Shown here: positions 27,640 to 39,414 of the stretch, piece after piece
How positions within the stretch are numbered: the stretch's first letter is position 1
Layout of the letters: each line of letters begins with the position of its first letter
The notes under the pieces: generated by a model
Databases searched by the model: none
What the model was told of the DNA's origin: nothing
Seen by the model: the letters and a program-made list of their open reading frames with translations, nothing else
Assembly (NCBI RefSeq): GCF_006345805.1
Contig: NC_043022.1
Span: 22,568,001 to 22,632,000 of the forward strand
Reading direction: 5' to 3'
Length of the DNA: 64,000 nt
Source of the DNA: Octopus sinensis
Taxonomy: Eukaryota
Translations under genes and position numbers: made by a program

Positions 27640-28391
27640 CTTCCTGTATTTCACGTTCATTATATATAAAAACATTCATTCTTATATTATTGCGGCGTTA
27701 CGTGCCCCCCCCGTTTGTTTGTCCAATTTTAAACCCTGCACGACTTCTAACACACTGTCTTTTACTACCCGCCATTGCTTTTCACCAAACTTTTTTGGCG
27801 CCCTCCGATTCTTCCCCTCTCTTCCTCCCATCCTCCTCCCCTCTTCCTCCCATCCTCCTTAATCCCTTCTTTCTCCTTCTCTCTTGGTCACTGATTCTGT
27901 CCCCTGCCTTCCACCCTCTTTGATTCCCTCTCTCTCTGTCTCTCTTCTCTCTCCTGACATGCTGCTTCTTCAACCATTCTGTTGGCCTTCGTATCTCGAC
28001 CAACATGTGTCCCCGCTACCGAAACGGTAATTATTTCTACGCCAGCTGCTATGTTGTTGTTTTGTCTCATTTGGTCTAAAGTCGTATGACAACCACCGTT
28101 ATATACATTTTGTTTTTTCATTACTGTTTTCAATTTCGTTTTCGTCTCTTGTATTCACATCCGTCTTGTGCGTTCACATTCCTGTCTTCTACCAAGAAAT
28201 CTAATGCTTACAGCTTAGTTTTTTTTCTTGGGGCTGGCCGAGTTGGAGCAAATATCAGAATTGAACAGCCGAAATTTGCTATGATGATCGGTGTCTGACT
28301 GAAGATTGAAGGCTTCGAATGATTTGTCTGTGTGTTCCGTGTTCGTCCCTTCCTGTATTTCACGTTCATTATATATAAAAACATTCATTCT

Positions 28392-28396
<5 letters not shown>
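27640..28396 (+). mobile_element. Probable 5'-truncated PLE-type insertion bounded by a 48-bp direct repeat, in (TA)n
   Basis: CTTCCTGTATTTCACGTTCATTATATATAAAAACATTCATTCTTATAT at 27640-27687 and 28349-28396; related terminal segments at about 20465-20635 and 27440-27555. Confidence 0.6.
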
Positions 28397-28463
<67 letters not shown>

Positions 28464-28678
28464 CATACATACACGCGCACTAATACAACACCACAAACAA
28501 AAACGCACACACACACATTGTCAAAAGGCAAGGCAAAATTAATCACCAACTAAAACAATAACAGTCAGTGACTGTCACAAATGACAACATTTGTTTAATT
28601 ATTAATTATATATACTTAATTAGGTGATTGAAAGAATGTTGCTATGTTTTTTGTCACATAGGCGCAGGCGCGGCTGTT

Positions 28679-29352
28679 GGATCTTTTCGGTTTGACCGGC
28701 AGTTTTTAACATAATTTCTAGGTAACTAAAAAATTTTAAACCTCGTATACTGGTAGAATGTGTTACATAAAACATCTTTTTCTCTTGGATTTATTGAGAA
28801 AATTCTATGGTTTGTAAGATATTTGTTGTTTTTTTTTCTTCAATTTCTGCAATCTCAAACAATCACTGACGTCTATTGAGGTAAAAAAAAACCCATTTTT
28901 TGCCGTATGAATATGTCCCTCGTTTAAGAAACAGATTGGGTTTATTTACATTTGTGAAGAAAAAAAGGCTACCCTTCCCCCACCCCTAACCCTAACTAAC
29001 CCTAACCCTAAAACAGATTGAAATGCAATAGATCGATATCTCTTGGCTTTATTGAGAAAATTCTATAGTTTGTAAGATATCTGTTGCTTTTTTCGTTCAA
29101 TTTCTGCAATTTCAACCAATCACTGACGTCTATTGAGGTAAAAAAAACATTCTGTGCCGTATGAAAATGTCCCTCGTTTAAGAAACAGATTGGGTTTATT
29201 TACATTTGTGAAGAAAAAATATACCCTCCCCCCGACCAACCCTAACTCTAAAACAGATTGAAATGCAATAGATTGATACTAGGGTCATAATTATGGGTGA
29301 CAATTTCATATGACACCGCTAGAAAAAACTGTCGTTCAAACCGAAAAGATCC
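28679..29352. mobile_element. MITE family M1 with internal ~250-bp duplication, inserted into a SINE-B head
   Basis: TIRs present; TSD CGGCTGTT/CGGCTCTT; SINE-B starts at 28661 and resumes at 29353. Confidence 0.88.
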
Positions 29353-29748
29353 CGGCTCTTTAGTAAAAGTTTACTTCCCAATCACATTGTTCAGGGTTCA
29401 ATGCCATTCCGTAGCACCTTGGGTAAGTGTCTTCTGTAGTCTCGGGCCGACCAAAGCCTTGTGAGTGGATTCCGTAGATGGAAACTGAAAAGAAGCCCGT
29501 CTTACATATAATTTTATTCTTTTACTTTCACTCATTTAACCGCGGCTATGCTGGAGCACCAACTTGAAAGGTTTTAGTCAAACAAATCGACCCCAGAGAG
29601 GGTGTGAGGAAATGCTGCTGATGTGATATTACGTCGCATATGAGAAGGGCTCGATATGAATCACGACTATAAGATACCCGGTTTTGGTTAAACTGCATTG
29701 CAAAATGTGGGAGTAGTTAGGAATCTAAATCGGAGTAGACAGACACAC

Positions 29749-30415
29749 AAAAACTTTGTATGGAGTGAATGGTTACCTCTATGGAAATATATATACACAC
29801 GTTATACATACATCTGTGCATATCTTAATACATAAATCATTAAATATCTATATACACTTTTGGGGTGAGTCATCTTTCTGCTACTTGTATATACTTTAGA
29901 TCTTATATTCGTCCTAAAAAACTTTGTATGGAGTGAAAGGTTACCGCTATGGAAATATATACACACACATTATACATACATCTGTGTATAGATGAATATA
30001 TAAATACATTTAAATATCTATATACACTTTTGGGCGATCTTTCTTTTTCTTAGAGATAACTTTAGATCTTATTTTCGTCCTAAAAAACTTTGTATGGAGT
30101 GAATGGTTACCTCTATGGAAATATATATACACACGTTATACATACATGTGTGCATAGATGAATATATAAATACATTAAATATCTATATACACTTTTGGGC
30201 GATCTTTCTGCTACTTGTATATACTTAGATCTTATATTCGTCCTAAAAAACTTTGTATGGAGTGAAAGGTTACCGCTATGGAAATATATACACACACATT
30301 ATACATACATCTGTGTATAGATGAATATATAAATACATTTAAATATCTATATACACTTTTGGGCGATCTTTCTGCTACTTGGATATAGGTCTTATATTCG
30401 TCGTAAAAAACTTTC
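29749..30415. repeat. Tandem repeat, ~165-bp unit x4 in ABAB order
   Basis: AAAAACTTTGTATGGAGTGAA recurs near 29749, 29916, 30083 and 30246. Confidence 0.9.
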
Positions 30416-30432
30416 CTGTCACACACTCACGC

Positions 30433-30471
<39 letters not shown>

Positions 30472-30472
30472 T

Positions 30473-30512
<40 letters not shown>

Positions 30513-30911
30513 ACACGCACACACAGACACGTTAGCTTACAATTTTATTTATATATTTGCGTGTCTATGTGTGTAAATAGGAAGTGGGAATGTAGAGTGA
30601 AAGAGTCACTCACTACAGAAAGTGAATTACTTTCACTTTATTCGTTGCAAACTGTGTGTGCTGTATCCCACACGTTTGCGTGTGCTGTATCCCACACTAA
30701 GAGAAGCATTTGACTCATACACCACAATGTGAGTTTTCTCTAAATTTTGCTTAATTGGGGTTGAAATTTTAAAAAGTGGACCTGGCACGACCCGATGCAT
30801 TCTACTCTTAAAAATGCTAGGTAAATTGTAATTGAAGAAATCCTATATTGTAGATTTCTATAAGATACAAGGGAGGCAGATAAAATCTGCCTTTTATAAT
30901 AAGAGATGCAT

Positions 30912-30960
<49 letters not shown>

Positions 30961-31023
30961 TATATATATATAATATATATATATATCTATATATATACAT
31001 ATATATACATGCATATATATATA

Positions 31024-31054
<31 letters not shown>

Positions 31055-31097
31055 GCAATAATAATACTCTAAATGAGATATAGACAGTAACTGCTCC

Positions 31098-31247
31098 ATA
31101 ACATAAGGGACTAAAGCCATCTGAATATGGCTAGGGACAGGGCAGGGTGGTGGGGGTGTTACTGTTCGCCTGGGGCTAAATGCAACAGTAACACCCCACC
31201 ACCCTGCCCTGTCCCTAGCCATATTCAGATGACTTTAGTCCCTTATG

Positions 31248-31251
<4 letters not shown>
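31098..31251. repeat. Near-perfect 68-bp-arm hairpin in (TA)n
   Basis: Arms 31098-31166 and 31184-31251, 17-nt loop, one mismatch and one indel. Confidence 0.93.
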
Positions 31252-31300
<49 letters not shown>

Positions 31301-31401
31301 ATATATATACATACACACACACGCGCGCAAAACAAAAAACGAAGACAGGTGGTGTAGACAATAAACAGATGTATTAGTTTAACTCTCGGCAAGTGCAAAA
31401 A

Positions 31402-31440
31402 TCTTTAACGTTTCGAGCCCTACGCTCTTCCACAGAAAGA
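31402..31440 (-). ncRNA. Minimal hammerhead-like motif (variant core) in a solo PLE pseudo-LTR fragment
   Basis: Minus strand TCTTT-CTGTGGA-A-GAGC gtagg GCTC-GAAAC-GTT-AAAGA; perfect 5-bp stem I. Confidence 0.65.
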
Positions 31441-33268
31441 AACAAGGAGAGAAAATAAAGAATGTGTAGTGGCCAGCGATCAATCATATATATATATATA
31501 TATATGTGTGTATGTATGTATGTATGTATGTATGTATGTATGTATGTATGTATGTATGTATGTATGTATGTACATATTTGACCGCGTGTGTACCGTTGGC
31601 GATTTTTCCCTCCGTCTTCCCTTCTTTGGATCTTTCCTTCTTTCCTGAGCGTCCAATAACACTATACTTGTTCCACGTCCTCGCGTTGTTGTGTTTTCTC
31701 TTTGTGTTTTCATGTTTGGATTAACTTTCTGTCATATTTATGTATGTGTGTCTTTGTGTTTGTGTGTGGTCCCCGCTATTGCTTGACAACCGAGACTGGT
31801 GTGTTTATGTTTCCCTAATCAGCGGTTCAGCAAAACACACCGATAAAATAAGTACTAAGTTGACAAAGAATAAGTCCTGGGGTCGATTTCTTCGACTAAA
31901 ACTCTTCTCGGTGGTGCTCCAGCATGGCCGCTGTCAAATGACTGAAACCGGTGAAAAAGCAAGAGAATAAGTGTATGTTGTGTAATTTGGAGTAAATATT
32001 GTAATATTCGTAGGGATTTCTTGTTCTTGGGTTGCAGGGAGATACCTTCGAAATAAGATGTTATAAACTTCTTGTTATGCAATATCATGCATGCTTTATT
32101 CCCGCTACGATCTCCGTCCTTTTGTTTCAAGCACTCGCTTCTTTAATTCTTTTAAATGTATCAGTCGTTGAAGTGTGGACATGCTGGGACAACATTTCGA
32201 AAGATGTTGTCAACCGAATAGACCCCTGTTATATATCTTTTGTCTGGTACTCATTTTAACAGTCTCTTTTTGTTCACCTTCTAAATGACATGACACATAA
32301 ACCCTCCAACACCATCTGCTCACGTTGCTGTGCAGCTAGAACATTAAGCTACATATCACGAATCCAACTTCTTGCTCACAAAGTTAAATCTACGCCTTCA
32401 CGTAGAATTTTCTCTGTGAAGTGCAGTATGAACGGACCAATTCTGAGGATGCACCTGTGAAAATTAGAAGGTAAATATAAAAGGAGAAAGAGGCTCTCTA
32501 CCCACCCTTTTGATAAGGCTCCCGTGGCTTTTGTAGGTTTTTCCACAAGTAACCTTTCGAAGCGCCCCCCCCCCCTTGTTGGGAGTTTTTCATTGTTAAA
32601 TATTTTCGTTGTTACACTGTTTTTTACACAGATTTTTCTTTAAACGGACAAAACCTTTTGTAACTTTCATCCTGCTTTTGTCCCTAAATATTATAATTGA
32701 TTTTTGTTAGCCCTTTGTGGCCAATAAACGAATTAATTATTATTATTTTTTTTAAAAATTTGTTGAGTAGGATTTTCCAATGTTTTATGCTGGGAGATCG
32801 TTGTCAGCAGTAATTCCATATCTCACTTCAACTTTATTAGCTGTCATAATAATAATAATATTTACGTGTTCGTAAACGTGAGCGTAATACTTGTTGACGT
32901 TTCCTTTTTTCTGTTGGAGATGTAAGCTTCTTTGTTACAATTAAAGTCTTGTGTAATGTTAACATAGATATTAACACAGATATGAAAGGCCACGGTCGTA
33001 CACCTCCTTTAATGAGAAATATAACCTGTTTACTTTTTCCCGTGTTGTTGGAATTTCCAGCAACACCGAGCAGCTTTTGAGTTCTTATACCTACCACGCG
33101 GAGGTCAATTCTATGTGGGTGTGTGAATGTATGTATGTGTGTGTGTGTATGTATGTATGTACGAGTGTATGCACGTATGTATGTGTGTGTATGTAGACGT
33201 ACGTACGTTTGTAAATATGTATGCAAACATGGATGTATGTATGTGCATCTGTCTGTCTGTCTGTCTGC

Positions 33269-33327
<59 letters not shown>

Positions 33328-33344
33328 ATCTATCTATCTATCTA

Positions 33345-33403
<59 letters not shown>

Positions 33404-33414
33404 TATATATATCA

Positions 33415-33878
33415 TTATATAAAAGGGCTTAGTAAAATAAATTACTTTGCCACATACTGAACTCATTAGAAATAGTAGCTAAAAAAAACTTTTTTAAAAC
33501 TCCCACTTTCAGTGTTTTCAAATCCAAACCAAGGAGTTCTGAGCTGATGATAGAAATGTCGAGTTGACTAATCTAGAAACGTACGTTCTCAAATAACCTT
33601 TGCATTTGATTTTTTAATGTCTTTACCCCCATACTTTCGTGAGTTGAATTGAGCAAACACTACATGAGAGAGATTTTCTTTAAGTATTAGAAATAGTTTT
33701 AAAAAAGTTTTTTTAGCTACTATTTCTAATGAGTTCAGTATGTGGCAAAGTAATTTATTTTACTAAGCCCTTTTATATAATGTAATAATTTGAATTCGCC
33801 TTAAATGGTCCCTTTGCATACTGAATACTTGGTGAAATTGATTAATAATTAATTAATTTTACCCTCAATTGTTGAAAT
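33415..33878 (+). mobile_element. Non-autonomous hammerhead-bearing element (PLE pLTR or retrozyme-like) with an ~86-bp inverted repeat
   Basis: Inverted arms 33415-33501 and 33695-33780 flank the ribozyme; homologue at 38857-39345. Confidence 0.75.
33540..33591 (+). ncRNA. Type I hammerhead ribozyme, canonical core
   Basis: TGAG-CTGATGA-TAGA..GTC..GAC..TCTA-GAAAC-GTAC-GTT-CTCA; palindromic ACGTACGT stem III. Confidence 0.85.
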
Positions 33879-33889
33879 ATATATATATA

Positions 33890-34258
33890 TCTATATATAA
33901 ACGGCAGTTTGTCTGTGCGTTTTCTGTGTGTCTGTTTTCTCGTACCCTCACTCTGACCACGGCTTTCAACCGATTCTGATGAAACTTGACACACACATAG
34001 CCCAATGTCATAATTCAAAACTAACGCAGCGAAAATTTTGAAAAGTTCCCCCAGTTCTGAAAAAAATCGATAAATTCGACATGGGGTCGAGAATCAGAAA
34101 CCCAAACCACAGACCGTCTAGGGGACGCAACTCCACCTTTTTTAACTCTCAAAAAAAATTTACCATCATTTTTTTTCCATTTTTTTGCTATAACTCTCTA
34201 AAAATGCTTTATAGTTATTTCCCTTACAAACCTGAGCAACGCCGGGCGATACTGCTAG
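33890..34258 (+). mobile_element. Non-autonomous Helitron
   Basis: 5' TCTATATATAAA, 3' GC-rich hairpin followed by CTAG, inserted between A and T with no TSD. A similar 3' end occurs at 42615-42643. Confidence 0.75.
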
Positions 34259-34271
34259 TATATATATATAT

Positions 34272-34800
34272 CGTGAATAAAGCATGCATGATATTGCATA
34301 ACAAGAAGTTTATAACATCTTATCTCGAAGGTATCTCCCTGCAACCCAAGAACAAGAAATCCCTACGAATATTACAATATTTACTCCAAATTACAAGCTT
34401 CTTACCACATAGCGGTGCTCCAGAGTGCCCGTCCGGCGGCTGAAACTCCAGAGTGCCCGCCCTGGCAGCGCGTTCGTCGTCGAAGCCGGCTGCCGGGCGA
34501 GGCAGGTGAGCCCGGAGACGTTGCCTGGAGCCCCGGGAAGAGTTCTCTCTTCTTCGTAAAGGACTGCGTCCGTGGAATCGGCTCGTCCGGAGATACGGAC
34601 ATGGTGCCTGTAGAGAACCGCGTTTCCGGCGGCGTCCGGTGCGCTCTCGGCGACCCTGAAAAATCCGGGTCCGTAACAATCCGTAGCTCTCGAGCCGGTC
34701 CGTACCCACCATCCACAGCAGGTCTCCAAGGTATACAGCCTCTCATCGATAGCGCCAATGTAGGTAACGGAAGTCAGCAAAATTAATCCGTACCTTTGGA
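34272..34800. mobile_element. Unclassified GC-rich interspersed repeat (LTR-like?)
   Basis: Its left ~120 bp recurs inverted at about 31984-32102; ORFs are not recognisable. Confidence 0.45.
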
Positions 34801-34802
34801 TG

Positions 34803-34834
<32 letters not shown>

Positions 34835-34876
34835 TGTATGTATGTATGTATGTTATGTAAGTATGTATGTATGTAC

Positions 34877-35375
34877 GATCGGGTTGTCGGCGACTAAACC
34901 GGCAACCCCACCAAGCTTGCTTGGTGAGGAGGGTGTTTATTGGACACCCTGCGGGATGAAAAACAAAACCCGTCAAAGGGCGGAGGAACTCTTGAGAGTC
35001 AACGGCCATCTAATAAATGTCTTAAGACTGTATCATGCGTGGAGACATAGAAATAATCGGACTGAATACCCGATCGCGCGGTTAAACCATTGGGAGTGAA
35101 GGACTCCTAACCTTTGTTAGGGCATCCTTCTAGGAGAAGGTAACTCAGGTAACTGGGATAACTCCGGCATAAAATCTGCGGCTCAGTGGTTACCGATGAT
35201 GTTGACTTGTTCTTCTTTGCGGATTATGGCCGCTGTTGCTTAGTGAGTGGGATTAACTCAATGCACAGTCTTTCCTCTCTTTAAAAAAAATCTTCTTGCA
35301 CAGGCATTGCACGATAACAACATTGATTAAGCTTCGTGCAATGGCCATACTCGATAACGAGGGGGCAGCCACCAT
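34877..35375 (+). mobile_element. Unclassified ~500-bp retro-type repeat with a structured 5' end, in (TATG)n
   Basis: Four consecutive hairpins at 34881-34973; diverged copy at about 41565-41800. Confidence 0.5.
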
Positions 35376-35689
35376 GTATGTATGTATTATGTATGTATGT
35401 ATGTATGTATGTATGTATGTATGTATGTATGTATGTATGTACGTATGTACGTATGTATGTATGTACGTACGTATGTATGCATGTATGCTTGAACACGTGT
35501 GCGTATGTACACGTAACTAACTAAGATTGTATGAATAAATATATGTACATGTGTACGCATACGTGAGTACAAGTAGATTGCTATTGTAAATATGAAACCG
35601 TATATTTCCACTGAGGTATGTGCACAAAAATATGTTTGCATGCTTATGCGTGTGTATATACAGTATATATGCACTTATCTCATGCTAGA

Positions 35690-35865
35690 CTTTGAATGCT
35701 TAGCATAGTTGGACAATGCCTCTGATAGCTTTTAGCTGTAGTCTCTTCATTAGGTGTCTTCTTTCTCGTTCTGTTAAACTCAGATTCTCAGAATTGCTGT
35801 TCAGGCAGTTAGTCACGTAGCCGAATACCTCGATAATTACTGGTAGAAATCTAAACCTATAGTCC
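35690..35865 (-). mobile_element. RLE-type LINE C-terminal fragment abutting a hAT-like end (about 35865-35997)
   Basis: YRFRFLPVIIEVFGYV...LQLKAIRGIVQLC; adjacent minus-strand CAGTTATGGGCAAACTGCGGCCCGCGGG resembles hAT termini. Confidence 0.55.
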
Positions 35866-36189
35866 ATTTTTGAGGAGCGGGCCGCACGATACATGGTTCA
35901 TCATCAGGCGGGCTGCACTACGTAAAAAAATTACGGTAGTTTTCCGTGAGGTATGCCATTCAGAAAGTCCCGCGGGCCGCAGTTTGCCCATAACTGGTCT
36001 AAGTAGAGGATTTCTTATCAATCGGGTATAGATTTTCTTTCTCAGCAACTAATTTCAACTAGTGTGTCTATTTTTTTTCCTCTGCCCCGTAACCATTATG
36101 TCTGATCTACTATGATTGCACGCATGCGCGTGTCAATGTAACATTGTCTTTATATATATATACGTTTATATATTTGTTGTGCATATTTG

Positions 36190-36723
36190 TCTGATAAGGG
36201 TACACCAGGTACATGCATCACAACCATATGTACGCTACATGGGGATCTCATATCAAGATAAACAGCGCATGACCTTGCAGGTGGGGCCCAGTTAGAATTT
36301 TCTTCTGGTCGAGTAGCCCATCCCGCTCAAAAAGTCCCTGAATAAGGATTTTTTATGGATGTTGAACGAAACACCCATGTTTCCAGAGGTGAATTATTCA
36401 AACCACATGGTTATGATGCTTCCCAACTACTTCTGCTCATGATCAAAGATGCACATATCGTCAGCCACTAAGGGACATGCTCAACTGGTTAAGGTCAAAC
36501 AACTGACATGCAAATATGTGGTATTGAGCAGAATATTTGCTGTAGCCCATCTTTTATACCAAGACAAAACAATGTACATGATAACACTTCCAATCAGTTA
36601 AGATCAGAATCCATGAGAGCCACTGCCTGGTACTGCATCAGGACTATTATTATTATTATTATTATTATTTTATTATTATTATTATTATTATTATTTTTTT
36701 TTTTTTTTTTATTATTATTATTA

Positions 36724-36764
<41 letters not shown>

Positions 36765-36792
36765 TATTATTATTATTTTTTATTATTATTTC

Positions 36793-36845
<53 letters not shown>

Positions 36846-36848
36846 TAT
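36190..36848 (+). mobile_element. Unclassified interspersed repeat ending in an (ATT)n tract
   Basis: 36405-36535 is homologous to 22125-22253; followed by ~200 bp of (ATT)n. Confidence 0.55.
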
Positions 36849-37246
36849 ACTGAAAATATTCTGGCTTTACTGGGTGGACAGCGCTCACCTAGCATACCAG
36901 AACGTACGCCCCCTACATACACTTCTGCCCTACTTATACAACGTAATTTATGTCCTCGTGTCCAGGTTAAAGAAACATTTTTGTGAACAAGGACGAGGTG
37001 TTTTCCTCTTACCAACGTCTTGAAGTATCTCCTCGAGTGCAATAATAAGTGACAAGTGCTGTCATGTTGTCCTGTTGTAAATTTTATTACCTGCCTAGTG
37101 TTTTTGTAGCGGTGTTGGTAGCAGTGGGGGCTGGTGTTGGACAGTAAGGGGCAGTGAGGCGGGTTAGGTCAGTGAATTTCGGTGAGGACTACCACATGGA
37201 ACTATAGCTCTTCTTTTGTTAAGATTTTCGGTGTAAGAAGAAAAGT

Positions 37247-37691
37247 ATCTTTTCGGTTTGAACGGCAGTTTTTAACATAATTTCTAGGTAACTAAAAAAC
37301 TTTAAACTTCGTATACTGGTAGAATGTGTTTATAAAACATCTTTTTCTCTTGGCTTTCTCTTTCTCTTGGCTTGAGAAAATTCTATGGTTTGTAAGATTT
37401 TTGTTGTTTTTTTTCTTCAATTTCTGCAATTTCAACCAATCAATGACGTCAATTGAGGTAAAAAAAAAAACATTCTGTGCTGTATGAATATGTCCCTCGT
37501 TTAAGAAACAGATTGGGTTTATTTACATTTGTGGAGAAAAAAAGATACCCTTCCCCCCACCCCTAACCCTAACTCTAATCCTAACCCTAAAACAGATTGA
37601 AATGCAATAGATCGATACTGGGGTCATAATTATGGGTGACAATTTCGTATGACACCGCTAGAAAAAACTGCCGTTCAAACCGAAAAGATCC
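37247..37691. mobile_element. MITE family M1 copy
   Basis: Same TIRs (left GG missing); GAAAAGT on both flanks; internal (CCCTAA)n. Confidence 0.88.
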
Positions 37692-38044
37692 GAAAAGTGT
37701 ATGACCTGAACGAAGAACAGGCAAAATCTTGAGTTAGCGTGTCTTTACTCAATGGCTGCCACCAACATATGTGAACATTGTGTGTGTATGTGTATGTGTG
37801 TGTGTGTATAGATATATATGTGTGTGTGTGTGTGTAACGATAGATAAGGCCGATCTATAGGGATTACCCTATGATTGAAGTCCATAAATCGCTTAACTCT
37901 ACAGCGTATCATCAGACCCTAAAACGTGTTAGCAAATGACCTCTGTAGCAAGTAGCCACTCTAGAAAATGGAGGAAGAAAGAACTTCGTTACTCTATGTC
38001 AACAACAGGGGATTGTCTCCATTTGGCTATAATGTGTGTGTGTG

Positions 38045-38132
<88 letters not shown>

Positions 38133-38625
38133 TGTGTAAATATTTCGTTTATCTTTTATCTTTTACATGTTTTGGCCATTAGACTGTGGCCATGCTAGAG
38201 CACCGCTTTCAAGAATTTTCCGTCGAATGAATCAACCCCAGTAATTTTTTTCAGCCTAATATTTAATCTGTCGATCTCTTTTGCCGAACCGCTACGCCGA
38301 TTATCAAGCGGTGGTGGAGGACAAACACAGACTCAAAGGCACACACGCACACACATACATATCTATACAATACATATGTATACATACATGACGGGCTTCT
38401 TTCAGTTTCCATCTACTAAATTTACTCACAAGGCTTTGGTCAGCCCGAGGCAATAGTAGAAGACACTTTTTTTTTATAGGTGAGTGGACTGGAACCACGT
38501 GAAATGGAGGGTTTTTTTTAAACAAAAACAATCTGCCACCCGGTCCGGGGATCGAACCCATTATATAACGATCGTGAGTGTTATGCCTTAAGCACTATGC
38601 CACGCGCGTATGTTTATATATATAT

Positions 38626-38691
<66 letters not shown>

Positions 38692-39111
38692 ATATATATA
38701 TATATATATATCTATATATATATATATATATATTATATATAATATATGTAATATATATATATTATATATAATATGTTATATATTATATATATATATATAT
38801 ATAATATATATATAATATATATATAAACATACGCGCGTGGCATAGTGCTTAAGGCATAATTAATTAATTAATTTTACCCTCAATTGTTGAAATTATAATT
38901 CATCTCTCTTAGCTAAATTCTGCGGTCTTCACTGTTAATACTTGGTGTTTGTCAATTTTAACCCACGCTGGGGAAAGGGGAGAGCAGAAATTTTCGCTTG
39001 CATATTCGAATTTGATAGCACTTTTAGTTCGAGCAGAATTCTATAGGTGATTAGAAGCCGAAAGGGTATGCTCCCGACTTTAAGTGTTCCCAAGTCCGAT
39101 TCAAGGAATTC

Positions 39112-39163
39112 TGAGCTGAAGAAAGAAATGTCGAATTGACTAATCTAGAAACGTACGTTCTCA
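39112..39163 (+). ncRNA. Type I hammerhead ribozyme, second copy of the 33540 family
   Basis: TGAG-CTGAAGA-AAGA...TCTA-GAAAC-GTAC-GTT-CTCA; one mismatch at the base of stem II. Confidence 0.78.
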
Positions 39164-39349
39164 AATAACCTTTGCACTTGATTTTTTAATGTTTTTTCCC
39201 CCATACTTTTGTGAGTTAGTTTAGGCAAACACTATCTGAGAGAGATCTTCTTTAAGTATTAGAAATAGCTGAAAAAATTTCTTTAGCTGCTATTTCTAAT
39301 GAGTTCAGTATGTGGCAAAGTAATTTATTTTACTAAGCCCTTATATATA

Positions 39350-39400
<51 letters not shown>

Positions 39401-39414
39401 TGTATGTATGTATT

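Noticed and set aside
29749-30415. CRISPR-like array
   Set aside because: Units repeat over their full length with no unique spacers; eukaryotic context and no cas genes.
37555-37590. True telomere or chromosome fusion site
   Set aside because: Only a few CCCTAA units, always inside MITE M1.
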